NCBI RefSeq assembly: GCF_964204645.1
Contig: NC_134029.1
Location: 15,928,950 to 15,992,949 of the forward strand
Source of the DNA: Tubulanus polymorphus
Lineage: Eukaryota; Animalia; Nemertea
DNA: 64,000 nt
Direction of reading: 5' to 3'
The notes beneath the pieces are model-generated. The model was not told where the DNA came from and did not search any database. It saw only the letters and a list, made by a program, of their open reading frames with translations. Positions within the stretch are counted from its first letter, which is position 1, and each line of letters begins with the position of its first letter. A program made the position numbers and the translations under genes. Positions 38,431 to 51,100 of this stretch are shown piece by piece.

Positions 38431-39041
38431 TTATTTTATAAATTTATATTCATATGGAAATTGTAATCTCAGTAATAATTTTGAACCTTTATTATTCTTT
38501 AATTTATTCATATATTCATCATGTAATTCAGTAGGTATAATTTGATTTTCTTCCAATGATTGTTGCATAGATTTTCTATCTTTATTAAAGAATAAAACTA
38601 GAAATCTTATATTCTCCCTAAAGTCTTTAACAATTGAATTATATTTTTGATTTAAAACCCATGTTGTTATCCCAAAATGTCTCCCAGAGAAAGCTAGGTA
38701 ACATAACTCACTTTCTCTCACTTTTGAATCATGTAAATTTTCGCAATCATCTATAATGAATAATGTATTTGATCCTTTATAAGTATCAATTGCTATTTCA
38801 TACAATTATCTAAATTTTCTTTTACTGTTTTAGGATTTAATATAATAAACTTTTTTATTTCAACTATATCCCTATTATATGTTTTATTCATTTCATAAGT
38901 AGGACAAAATAATATTATATTATCAAAATGATTCTTATAAATAGTTTCTAACAAATCTAATATGAAATGTGTTTTACCACAATTGGTTACACCAGTAACT
39001 AACATATTATGCGGTTCAAATATAAATAAATCTTTATTCAT
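38431..39041 (-). pseudogene. A32/FtsK-HerA-like genome-packaging ATPase, one frameshift
   Basis: Walker A GVTNCGKT, Walker B LFIIDD, SGRHFGIT, NQKY..IVKDFREN; split into two ORFs at ~38800. Confidence 0.93.
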
Positions 39042-40125
39042 TTAGTCTTTTAATTTTACTAGATAAAATCCATTCATTAAATTTATCATCGTATCCTTTA
39101 TATTTCACCAAAGAATACTTTTTTCCTTTAAGAGTTTTTGTTTTCAATACTTTTTCTATTTTGTATTCTATTTCATTTGGATTTGGTACAAGTGATAATT
39201 CTTGTTCATAGAAATAACCTAATATTTCTTCGTCTTTTAGATCTTCTAATTTATAAACAAATGGTTTAGTTAATATTATCTTTTTAATCTTGAATATTTC
39301 TTCTGTAAAATTAGGGGTATAACCTTTATAAAATGTTTTTCGATATTTAGATATTCTAACGTGTTGTCCAATTTTAAATTTAGGTTCTCCGAAATCATGT
39401 GTAACAAATGCTCCATATAAATTATTCCAAACTATTTCTGAATTATCTTCTTTTCTAGCTTGTATTGGTTTCATGTTTATAGAACTATGTTTAGAATTAT
39501 TATAACCTTTCACTAAATCATCTAACACATCGATATATTTATGTGTTTCATTAGCAGTAAAATATTTCCACATTCTAGTTTTCAATGTTTTATTAAATCT
39601 TTCTATAATAGATGCTTTTTTATCTGAATGTGTTGAAAAATAATCTACATCGTTATCAGATAATAGTTTTTTGAAATGTTTGTTATAAAATTCCTTACCT
39701 TCATCAAATTGTATCTTATCTGGAATAGCTTGTTTGAATATTGATTTAAAAGCATTTGTTACTTCTATACCAGTTTTATTTTTGATTGGAATTGACCATG
39801 CGCATCTACTGAATATGTCTATAACATTTAGTATCCAGAAATATCCTTTGTTGTATTCCTCTAAGTTCTTCATGTCAATTAAATCTGCTTGCCATTGTTG
39901 ATCGATATATGAAACCATAACTTTTCTTGTTGAATAAGTTTTATCCATTTTCTTGTGGATTTGATATGTTGGTTGATTTTGTAACCATAATCTTAGTTCA
40001 CTATATTTTATATTACCATTTTTATTATCAGATTTAATTTTATTCCATAATTCTGAAACGTTAGAATATGATACTTCACTTTCTGGGTTATAATATAACT
40101 CTCTTAAATATTGTTCTTTTTTCAT
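39034..40125 (-). CDS. Retroviral-like (rve) integrase with C-terminal chromodomain, intact 363 aa
   Basis: WQADLIDM, IQFDEGKEF and IERFNKTLK triad; YKIEKVLK..LVKYKGYDDKFNEWI. Confidence 0.97.
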   Translation of the reverse strand: MKKEQYLRELYYNPESEVSYSNVSELWNKIKSDNKNGNIKYSELRLWLQNQPTYQIHKKMDKTYSTRKVMVSYIDQQWQADLIDMKNLEEYNKGYFWILNVIDIFSRCAWSIPIKNKTGIEVTNAFKSIFKQAIPDKIQFDEGKEFYNKHFKKLLSDNDVDYFSTHSDKKASIIERFNKTLKTRMWKYFTANETHKYIDVLDDLVKGYNNSKHSSINMKPIQARKEDNSEIVWNNLYGAFVTHDFGEPKFKIGQHVRISKYRKTFYKGYTPNFTEEIFKIKKIILTKPFVYKLEDLKDEEILGYFYEQELSLVPNPNEIEYKIEKVLKTKTLKGKKYSLVKYKGYDDKFNEWILSSKIKRLNE

Positions 40126-40494
40126 CTTATTTTAATCCATTGATAATAATTTAGATTTAGTTTCAATGGCATTATGATTTGACTTATTTTCTGGTATGAT
40201 TGGTTTATCATCCTTGGAATCATCTTTATCATCAGATTTGAATTTTGATTTATATATTACACCGGATAATGTAATAATTGTGATTAACCCAATTGTAATA
40301 TATAAGTAATTATTACTTCCAGCATTAGAAGAATTAGATGGATTATTATTTGAATTAATATCAGATAAAGTCTGTGATTCATTTATATCAGTTAATTTCT
40401 TTTTCTTAGCTTTTTTAATTCTGAAGATCTTTTACCTAATTCTCTTGCCCATTTAATTTGTTTCTCGGATCTAACCTTTTTTTAACACCATCAC
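40122..40494 (-). pseudogene. Small disrupted protein with a basic N-terminus and a TM segment
   Basis: Reads ..RSEKQIKWARELGK.. then a frameshift, then ..YLYITIGLITIITLSG..; abuts both neighbouring genes. Confidence 0.5.
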
Positions 40495-41100
40495 TCATTT
40501 ATTTTAGTTAATTTTTGTTCTGATTCATTTTCTGTTTCACCGTTTGGTTGTAGTTCATCTGTTTCGTTCTTACCTGATTTATATTCCATAGGTTTGATGT
40601 TCGAAAATGTTATGACGCCAGTAGAAATTAATGTCATAACCGATCCTAATTGAAATGAAGCATATCCGACCCATTTTTGTAATTCAGTCATAACTAAGTA
40701 GTCATTTTTCGAATCACTATATAATTTATTTTCATCATCAATTGGTATTAACTAGTTACATAACTTAGAATAACATTTGACAATACCATCTGAAATAGAA
40801 TCATTTATTCTAGCTAATCTAGCTTCTTCATAAATCTTAAAATATTTTATTACTTTATCGGGTTTCATAGCATCTAATTCTTGAAAAGTTATTATTTTCC
40901 CGATAAACTGATTACATTTACCACTAGCAATTAATAATTCTAGATGGTGTTTACAATATAAGTAGTATTCATAATCTATATTAAAATTAACTTGAATATT
41001 ATTTTCAATTTTGGTTGGAATATCCTTATTATCACTAATACCTAAATCATCTAATGTTTTTTTCAATATCAATACTATTCTTACTCGATTTCTTTGACAT
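40491..41100 (-). pseudogene. Hypothetical Polinton protein, frameshifted
   Basis: TAAATG at 41103-41098; ORF pieces 40752-41072 and 40491-40691; homologue at 57836-58005. Confidence 0.7.
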
Positions 41101-41384
41101 TTATATTAGAGAAATTTAATAAGAAAAATATTATAAGTATTATAAAATGATACCAGTATCTCTTTAGATTAATACTAGCTTAGTTAAAGGTAAAGAATTT
41201 TAGTATTAGTTATTGTTTTTTAGTATTTTTTATTTGTGATATAAAGTATTCTTTTTTGAAAAGAAAATATTAAAAAAACAATAACTAATACTAGCTGGTT
41301 GAAGATATGTAATTTCTAATACTTTTTATTTAAAATCTATTATTCTTTAACCACTCATTAAAGACTCAACGTATTGTTCATTAT

Positions 41385-42014
41385 TTAGGTCATTGTTCCA
41401 TTGATCAATAAATAGTTCTTTGCCTTTGTTAACTGTTCTAAATATAACTGTAAATCTAGTTTATTAGATTTGATTTGATTTTCTTTCTTTTCAAGAGGTC
41501 TTAAATTTTTCCAACCCCAAATAAGTTTTTTATTGTATTTATCATTCATGTTAAATTTAGATATCGGTAACGTATGATCAATATGAAAGTATTCACCATA
41601 ATTATCTATATTCATTTTATCACCGAATTGAAATATAATCCATGATTTGAGAAATTCATCTGAACAACCCAACAAATTAGATAATGTTTCTGAATGTGTT
41701 TCTTTGTTGAATAATTGTGTTAATCTAGATCTTAAGCATTGTTTCAATCTAAAATTAAGATCTGTTTGATATCTTTCTCTCATATATTCTGCCATATAAT
41801 AATTATAATGTTCTATATTATCTTCTCGGTATTGTTTGGTATATAGTTTAGTGCAAGTTTTGCAGCAATATTGAAAACCATCTTTGCTAGTCTTACGGTT
41901 ACTAAATTCTGTAAATGGTTTATCTAATTCACATTTAGAACACTTCTTGTAATATATATTTATAACACCAGTGTTATTTGTAATATTGATAATTTGTGGT
42001 TGTTCTGGTTCCAT
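41385..42014 (-). CDS. HNH-type endonuclease with N-terminal zinc-binding module (giant-virus-like family), intact 209 aa
   Basis: KKCSKC..DGFQYCCKTC; FHIDHTLPISKF..NLRPLEKKENQIKSNK. Confidence 0.88.
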   Translation of the reverse strand: MEPEQPQIINITNNTGVINIYYKKCSKCELDKPFTEFSNRKTSKDGFQYCCKTCTKLYTKQYREDNIEHYNYYMAEYMRERYQTDLNFRLKQCLRSRLTQLFNKETHSETLSNLLGCSDEFLKSWIIFQFGDKMNIDNYGEYFHIDHTLPISKFNMNDKYNKKLIWGWKNLRPLEKKENQIKSNKLDLQLYLEQLTKAKNYLLINGTMT

Positions 42015-42149
42015 TTATTATATGTATTTTTTACTAAATTGGTTAATATCTAATAATCCTCTTCCATTTCTTCGACCAACGTCATCCTTTTTCATTCTTC
42101 GTTGCTTTTGATAAGTCGTTTCGATTCCTTGATATCTAAATCATACCAC

Positions 42150-42334
42150 TAGGCAAAACCGCTCTTATAGGAGCGGTTTTGATCAATGCGCATGCGCTAA
42201 TCATAATTATATATTCATTCTGTAAATACTGTAAAATAGAAACGACCGACATAAAATATCAAAACGTGTTCGCATTAGGCAAAACCGCTCTTATAGGAGC
42301 GGTTTTGATCAATGCGCATGCGCTAATCATAATT
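42150..42334. repeat. 59-bp direct repeat, each copy with an 11-bp-stem GC-rich hairpin
   Basis: caaaaccgctc-ttatag-gagcggttttg at 42154-42181 and 42280-42307; related ccgctcct-gag-aggagcgg at 58415-58433. Confidence 0.9.
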
Positions 42335-42457
42335 GAAACGACTGAACATAGAACATTCACCAAACATATTTACACAATACATATACAAGTATGTTCGTTC
42401 GTTGTATTGACAAAATTTATAGTTTCAACTAATACATAATTTGATTTATAATTCCAA

Positions 42458-43131
42458 TTAGAACTTTTCAATTTCTGGATCATTGACAAGCATTTTTTCA
42501 ATATCGTTTAAATATTTTACTATATCAGAAAATGACAAACTTAAAAATTGGAATCTTTTATATGTAATTAATCTCCCCCTACGCTTCTTAATTTTCTTTC
42601 ATACCCAGCACTAATACCTATATATTTTTTAACCCAATAAGCCCAAGAAATCCCCGCAGTTTGTTTATTAAACGTTAAAAATCCCTTATTTAAACAATCC
42701 CCGAAAATGATATAATCCCATAAATGCTTTGCTTTTTTAAATAACAAGGTTCTATAATTTTTTTTCAATAAAACAGTTATTTCATTAAATGATGTTACAC
42801 CTTCTATTTCTTTAAAACTTGCATCTTTTTCATTTGATAATTTTGATTTTAAAAACTCATTTAACTCATTTCCGCTCATTTTCTTTTTAGTTTTTGTTCC
42901 TTTTAGTCTTAACAATATTTCTACATTGGTTGTTGGTCTTTTCGGTAATGATGTTGCGCTTGATTGCTGGTTTTCTATTATTTTTTCTAAAATTAATGTC
43001 ATTGCTTGATGGTAATATAAATGTTTTTTAACTTCTTCTAACGTTTCACCGTCTATATATAAAGATTCTTTTACTTCAACGCCCATTTCCATTGGTTCGT
43101 CTTCCACCATTTCGGTTGGTTCGTCTTCCAT
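42458..43131 (-). pseudogene. Polinton accessory protein (possible HTH), frameshifted near the C-terminus
   Basis: ORF 42568-43131 with W..WVKKYIGISAGYERKLR, continuing in another frame as ..YKRFQFLSLSFSDI.. Confidence 0.65.
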
Positions 43132-43744
43132 TTCGGTTGTCCTCTGAGAATTAAGAGTACTTCTTTATACGTATGACAAAAGATATCAGCTGTAGAACAG
43201 GAACTGCGATATCAAATGATATAAATATTTTCAAGTCTATCGTTTCTAATTATTATAACTTATTATAGTTCAAGTTATTATCTATCTAACGTAAAATAGA
43301 ATTAACTGTATGAAGTTGTAGTTGTCAAATGCACTTAAAGGTTTCATATTTAATAGCCCTAATAACTACAAAAACAGTACTTACATTTAGATTTAGAATT
43401 GTAAACTATAAACTCCTAATTTCGTTTTGAGAGATAGAATATCCTTAGCGTTATGTTACAGCGTCTATTCAGTTCCGGTGCGATTTCGAAATGAACACGT
43501 CGTCGATTATGACACGTCATCTGGTTCCGGTACACCTTCTAGAATGTTCTACGCGTTTGCAATATTATGACTCATATGTCTCAGCGTTATAGTAACGGCT
43601 GTGACGGTTGTGAGATTATTCTAGAATAATCCAATTATTTTGTAATACCAGCTGTTACACGAGGAGTCGCGTAATATGATTAAACGTTTCTATTCACTGA
43701 GAAAATCAATAATAAAGGCAACGTATCTTTATATAGAAATCAAA

Positions 43745-44074
43745 TTATGTACAACGACCGAACATACTTGTAAATTTATTATCTTCATCAAAATAATCTT
43801 CACCTAAAATATCATTATTCATATTTCTAATATGGCTTTTAGATTTTAAATGTTCATTATAATATCTTTTATCACTGAATGATTGATTACATGTATCACA
43901 TTTGTATGTTTCTTTTTCATTCTTTAATTCATCTAATTTAGTTTCTAATATATCATCTTTATATTCTAATTTCAATTTATTCTCTAAATGTGTTTTAGTT
44001 TTATTGTGTCTTGCTTTTTGGGATTTATCTATATTGATTTTACATGTTGAACAGTAGTACTTATTTGCTTCCAT
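43745..44074 (-). CDS. 109-aa double zinc-finger ORF formed by the TIR copy of the pPolB N-terminus
   Basis: Near-identical to 19439-19735 but lacks the stop codon; upstream motif retained. Confidence 0.6.
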   Translation of the reverse strand: MEANKYYCSTCKINIDKSQKARHNKTKTHLENKLKLEYKDDILETKLDELKNEKETYKCDTCNQSFSDKRYYNEHLKSKSHIRNMNNDILGEDYFDEDNKFTSMFGRCT

Positions 44075-44247
44075 TTTAATACTAAAATTTTTATTAAAAT
44101 TGATTTTAGAAGTTATTCATTTATATTTTATTCATATATATGAATATTTTAAGAGTAATAGGGGTTTAGTTGTTTCATATCAAAGGTTGAACGGGGCGAG
44201 TGAGTAAAAAATAAAAAATAAATTCGAGTGTGCGAGAATTTATTTTT
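43778..44247 (-). repeat. Right TIR of element 1 (outer ~60 bp missing)
   Basis: Reverse complement of about 19266-19735. Confidence 0.9.
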
Positions 44248-46440
44248 GAAGTTGAATTGGTCATTGGTGGTCAGTGATGGTCAGTGATGAATTTGCAATG
44301 ATGATTCCTTAGTAGTTTGGAAACAAACATTACATGATAAATTTCCGAAATTCGAAGTCAAGTGTTCAGACTCGGGGATATCTCAATTGGTCAGTTACTG
44401 ACCATCATGGTGTCACCATTGTGGTCTATAGCTCAAATGAAACATGTGGAACCGACGAAGGGGCCCAAAATCGTTAAGTCATTTCCTGGAGTGACGTGAT
44501 CCAAAAATGCCCTAACTGGAAAAGGCAGTCTCTCAATTGGATGAAACCAAATCGGACAGGACAATTAAAATTTGGGAAGGTCACAGGTAGTGGTCTTTCT
44601 ACGAAGCCCACGCGGTGAGCGTATTATTATGAAATCTTTTTTTAAACCACCATGTACCACGAAGTAATCGTTGTAAGCACTTGAAACAGCCATTAACCAC
44701 TTGAAACTCATACCGCATCCCCGCAAAGAGGGGTGGTTCAGCAAACCGGAGTTTTCATTGACCTCTCTAGACTACACCGCCAGTACGGGTAGCCGAGCAA
44801 ACCGGAAAACTCATAATGCTGCGACAGGTGGTTTTGCAAAGTCATTTAAAATCAAGATGAAAAGCGTCTAAGGATACAATTATTCCGATTTTGGAGAGAG
44901 AAGTCATAAAGAATGAATAAATTAATGAAGATTAAAAAATCGGAAGTGATAAACAAACAGTTTAAAAGCAGAAGCACCCGTCGCGATAAAATGAAGATTT
45001 AAATATTACAAAATCATTATGAAAAACGAAATGAAAAGAAACAAATGCTACCGTTGATAGTATTCACGTACAAATTGTAGAATGAGAATAGAAAATTTAA
45101 TTGAATACAAGTCACGAGAAGAGCAAAGAGATTTAGACAATCAATCCGGGGCTTGAAAGTAAAGAAACCAGTCTTTAAAATGAATAAACTCGAATGCAAG
45201 ATCTTTGCTTTCGAATAATTTGTTAATTACAAGGGTAGACCTAAGGTTCATATAAATCTATATTTTTGAATTTTGAAATCAGGGGATCTAAAAATAGTAT
45301 TCATCATTAGCGGGACGTCGATTCAGCAATTAATTTTTCAGGAAGAGCCGACCAGCCTTCCAAGAAAGGGAATGCGCATCATCCGTGAGTGTCGCAAAAG
45401 AATTATCTCATTGCTAATTAAAGTTGAAAAATAACATGTACGTTGTTTTCTGAATACTAAAAGATTCTCAATTTTATTTGTGTTCTGTCTACTTAATTGC
45501 GGAAATCCGATGTATTTGCAGTACTGGGAACAATAAAGTATTGAATAAAGTAATAATCAAGTACATTTGATGAGTATCAATAAGGTAAATGTATATTTTA
45601 ACTTGAATTTGAGCCCACTAGGTGGTGGTATTGGAAGACACCAGGTGGTTCGATCAACTTAATATGCTCCAGTGCCGTGGCGCTGTCGCATATCGCTGTC
45701 GCAAATTTGAAAAATTGACCGCCTGTCAATTCTGCGCCACGTACCTGTATTCGCACTCACAATTAGACTGGCTACCGGTCTCAATCTTCAATTAGAGACC
45801 GGTTGTGCCCATCCTCCGTCTTATATTTTCGATGCATGTCAAATAAGGTCAAACGTGTTTAAGAAGCGGTTACTTCCTGGTTAAGATGGCGTCTCTTCGA
45901 ATCTGCTTAGCTTCGAGCGATATCGAAATAGGCCTGGTATGAATGATTACGATAGCATCTGATAATCAACGAATTGTTATGTAATCAAAATACAAAAGGA
46001 AACTTTACAAAGGACAAGAAGCATTATTGCAGTAAGTGTCCGATAGATCTGCTGATAACTTTACCTGGTACTCGGAACAGAAACTAACAAGGATCGAAAT
46101 CTATGCGAGCTCAGCCTCGACAGTTACCGAATACAGAACATTCTGAAGGAACAGGGGACATCCTTTCTATATCTACAGTTCGTGAGATGTATTTAGTGAA
46201 TTCATGTTTTAATACAGTGTTGTAAAATGACTATATTTAGTATCTGAATAAAGTTTACAATTGTTGAACTCCTAGTTATGGTGAGATCACATATATTTTG
46301 ATCCACCTCAGCCTACTGATTTCCTGATAGACAGCAAGTTGGGACAGTCAAATTATGGGACTTGGTCAAGACAAATTATTCGGATCACACTGGAAATCCG
46401 CAATATCCTCCTCTCCTCATGGACCACACAATGTCAGTGT

Positions 46441-47705
46441 TGTGATACGCCGGTCACCATCCTCTCCTTAGTCGTATAATTAGTAAAAGCGATAATCGGT
46501 CCCTGGCGAGAGAACGTGTCCGCGCACAAACCCAAGTAAAAACTAGAATACCGGATATTTGAATGAATATAACAATAACAAGACGAATTTTTTTACCTTA
46601 ATATTCAAACTCAGCTCTCCAGTTTAACACAATCCAAATCCTAGCTCTAAATTCCTACTCTCCTGCTGTTAACCCGTCCTGAAAAGTCCCAAACAAGCTA
46701 TTAACGAGTAACTATCGAATCTCTATCGAGTGTCTCTTGAGTGTCTGCTCTCTCAAGATGCGGGTCCCTTTTATAGAAAGAATCGGCATTCATAAAATAC
46801 CGACTCTCCCGCTCGACTTTTGGCAAGGAGCAGCAACCTAACTGTCATGACTGTTTTGGTCATATAGAATTTAGCCTTAATGATTCGCTGATCTAAAATT
46901 ATTTGAGAAACTGATTTGCTAAACTAACTTTTTCCTTCCAACCCCTGTCATGACGGAATGATTTACTCACTCCTTGCTTATCATCGTTGAGAGAACAGCT
47001 ATTCTCTGCGAGTTACCAACAGACGTATACAACAAGAGAAACTTTAGAGAGCTAGTATTATCGTTTAACACAAATTAATTTTCTTAAAACTTTAGCGATT
47101 ATAGAGACTTTGTTCTCAATTAACATCTAGGATATTCAAATTAAATATATTTTCGAAACTTTAATATTTGTCTAAAATTACGGTACGTTACCACTGATTA
47201 TTTCTTTTTGAATTATTATAAATACCGGTACTTTTGATTCGGAACTTCATTATGATCAATTATCTCTCTTAAAATCATTCTATAACTGTTATACTAGATA
47301 AATTTGATTATAATACGGGATAAAGCAAAACAATAATGTCTCCCCATACTTCCGTTTTTCTTTTTATAGAAAGTAGTCGGGAGTATCATGAAGTAACAGC
47401 GTGATTCTTTCACCAGCCACATTATTAATGCAACCCATTGTTCCGACCAAATACGGTTCCGTCTATTCCCAAGTTTGTAAAAAGATTTCTGAATGTTTGC
47501 CAGATATCGCAGCAGAAGAACCGAGAAAGAATTATTTTTACACCAGGCTGATTTATGGTCAGCGCTGATAGATCAAAGCATCAAACAACAACCTGCTTAC
47601 TACATCTTACTACGTTTGTCGTCTGAAACCATTAATAACCACCAACGCATTCAGGAAATCAACATTACAAACATTTTTTAGCTACTACGAAATCTTGCTG
47701 CGGAT
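46441..47705 (-). repeat. Solo-LTR-like dispersed repeat, copy B
   Basis: Begins TGTGATAC; collinear with 15479-16745 (e.g. shared tctcaagatgcgggtcccttttatagaaagaatcggcattc). Confidence 0.55.
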
Positions 47706-48114
47706 CAGTTGACTCTAGAAATTGATTATAAAATTCATCACGCGAAACTCTTTTTCACTGGATTCAATATGTATTGTTCACTTCTGGTACAAAATCTTGT
47801 TCACCTCAGACAAGAGAATAAGCAATGACACTCTGCGTATTTCATGACATAAAACGGTAGTTTTGTTTTCATCAACAAATTGTGACAATCCTGATATCCC
47901 AGACTTAAATGATAGTGTCTTTAGACCAGCGTGAATCCAATCACAATTCAAATTGAAGGCTCGCGACGCTAATGCAGTTATTCACAGAATCCAGCTCTTT
48001 AAACTTCATCACTTTATTGGAATCAAGGAGTTTCACCACCTGTTATTTGGAATATCGTTTCATGACACCTAGTGCTGATTCTTCATTCTCTTTGATTGAC
48101 TGCATGATGTTATC

Positions 48115-51100
48115 TTTCTGAAATTAAAATACATAAATTTAAAAATATAGTGCCATTTGTAATTTATGGGGATTTTGAATCGTTGAATAAAGAATAAAGA
48201 ACTGATCAAGATAGAAAAGAAATATATAAAAAAAGCAATTTTCAAAATCAATGGATAAAGGAAATGAACTACATGAAGATATAATTCAAGACCAACCAAT
48301 TATAAATACAATTAAAAAATTTCATCAAAGAGCTGCTGCTTTTTGAATTTATATAAAATCAAATTATCCTGAATTATATGAAAGTCAATATATTTCTTTT
48401 AGAGGTGAAGATGTAGTAAAAGAATTTGAAATAAAATAATTGAATTAGAAAGTGATTTAGCAAAATTATGAAACAAAAATAAAAGAATAGTTATGACAAA
48501 AGAAGATGAAATTGATTTTAATTATGCAACTCATCGTTGTTACTGTGAAAAACATTTTTATTCATTTGATAAAAAAGTTCAAAGAGATCAAGATCATTTA
48601 AATTCAAAATATCGTGGAGCTGCTCATGAAGATTGCAATTTACAAGCTAAGAAAGTTAATTTCGTACGAATATTATTTCATAATTTATCAGGCTATGATA
48701 CCCATCTATTTATAAAACAATTATCAGGAAAATTGGGCGCAATTAATCAAGAAATAGAAGAATATAATGCTATGAATGGTGCAAATGTAAGAAAATATGA
48801 TTTTAAACTATTAGCTAAGACATCTGAAAATTATGTTTCATTTCAATTTGGTTGCATTAGATTTTTAGATTTTTAGCAAGTCCATTAGATAATTTAGCAA
48901 AAAGTTTAGTTGATAACGATTTTATAATAACACGACATTATTATCCAAATGAACAAGATTTTAGATAATTGAGATTTAAAGGTGCAATTCCTTATTCATT
49001 TTATAAAACACATGATGATTTTTATGTAACAGAATTATTAAAAGAACAATTTTATGATCAATTAGAAGAGGAGTATGTGAAAGATGAAGTTTTAAGAGAA
49101 CATTAAATATTTGGAATCATTTTAAGATAAAAAATCATGGTGAATTAGTAGATTTATATTTAAAATCAGATGTTATGATATTGGCTGATATATTTGAAAA
49201 ATTTAGAGAAGTTAATTTGAATCATTTTAATGTTGATCCTTGTTATTGTTATTCAAGTCCTCGTTTAAACTGGCAATGTGGTTTGAAATATACAAATGTA
49301 GAATTAGATTTATTAAAAGAACCAGACATGGTTTTATTATTTGAAAAATCAATTAGAGGTGGAATTAGTGGTGTTATGGGAGATAGACATTTTAAAGCAA
49401 ATGATGAATATAAATTATTGTATATTGACGCTAATAATTTATATGGTTGGGCAATGATGCAACCCCAACCATATAAAAATTTTATATTAACAGAACTTGA
49501 AAATGATGATAAAACTAATTGGGAAAGCGCAATTATGAGTTTAGAAGATGAAGCACCAATTGGTTATTTCTTTGTAGTTGATTTAGAATATCCTGATAAC
49601 ATAAAGTTTAAAACAAGAAACTTACCATATTGCCCAGAACATTAAGCCGTAGATGATAGTTATTTAAGTGAATACCAGAAAAAAATAAAACCGAAAGATC
49701 ATGTTTTTACAGAAAAATTGATACTTACTCAAAATAATAAATATAATTATATTGTTCATTATAGGATGTTAAAATTTTATCTAAAATTAGGAATGAAATT
49801 AAAGAAAGTACATAGATATATTGAATTTAATCAATCGAAGTGGTTAGAAAAATATATAGATTTTAATACTCAACAGAGAACCATATCAAAAACAGATTTG
49901 AAGAAGATTTCTTCAAATTAGTGAATAATAGTTTTTATGGAAAAACATGTGAAAATATTAGAAATAGAAATGATATTGAATTAGTAAATAATTCTGAACG
50001 ATTAAGACATTTACAATCAAGTCCTAGACATTTAGGAAATAAAAGATTTGAAGATTATTTAACCGCGGTATAATTAAAAAGAACGACAATGAAATTTAAT
50101 AAACCTAAATTCATTGGTTCAACTGTTTTAGAAATATCAAAATTATTAATGTATTATTTTTATTATAATGTTTTACAACCACGTTTTGGGGAATAACATA
50201 TTGAAATATTATATTTTGATTCTGTAACAGCTGATACCCCAATATTATTAAAATACAATAATCAAATATTAATTAGAAGAATTTCAGAAATAATTCCGAA
50301 ACAAAATGAACTTTATATTTCATATGGTGAAAAAGAATTAATACAAATAAATGGATTAATGGATGTTTGGACAAGAAATGGATGGAAAAAAATTACGAAT
50401 ATAATTAGACTTAAAACAAATAAAAGAATTTATAGAGTTAGAACTAAATTTGGGTTTGTTGCTGTTACAGAAGATCATAGTTTAATTAGAAATAATGGTG
50501 ATGAAATAAAACAACCTGATATAAAAATTGGAGATGAATTATTACATAAGAGATTTTACCCAAGAATGAATCATATGTCATTTGATGAAATAATTGATAA
50601 TATTTATAACTTAGAACCTGAAACATTAAAAGAAAAAGAATATTTTATCAAAGGATTTTTTATGGGCGATGGTTCATCAGGTGTGTATAATTATGTTAGT
50701 CGCACTCAATATTGTTGGTATTTATGCAATCAAGATTTGAAATTATTAGAAAGAATAAAGAAATACTGTGAAGAAGTTTATTCACACAAAACATTTAGAA
50801 TCATGGATGTTATGAAATCATCAGCAGTTCATAAAATACTTGTAAATAATCCTAATGATTTTGCTATAAAATATGATGATGAATTCTATATTCATGCAAT
50901 AGTCAAAAGTAATACCTCAACAAAAGAAAAGATAGTTCCAGATTATGTATTAAATGCAAAAGATAATTTAAGAAACTGGTTCTTCATTGGATTCTACGCA
51001 GCAGATGGTGCTAAATTTACCGAGTTCTCCAGTAATAACATTTGCACAAAAAGGAAAAGTTGGTATATCAGGATTAAATATATTATGCAATTCATTAGGT

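Larger units (their letters stand above)
19208..44247 (+). mobile_element. Polinton/Maverick (adintovirus-like endogenous virus), element 1
   Basis: ~465-bp inverted repeats (19272-19735 and 43778-~44241) bracket pPolB, penton, MCP, ATPase and integrase; very AT-rich and gene-dense; left end begins AGTAATAG; outermost right end and TSD not found. Confidence 0.95.

Noticed and set aside
42179-42439. 86-aa ORF with an internal repeat
   Set aside because: Arises from the 59-bp hairpin duplication; TTG start and no promoter motif.
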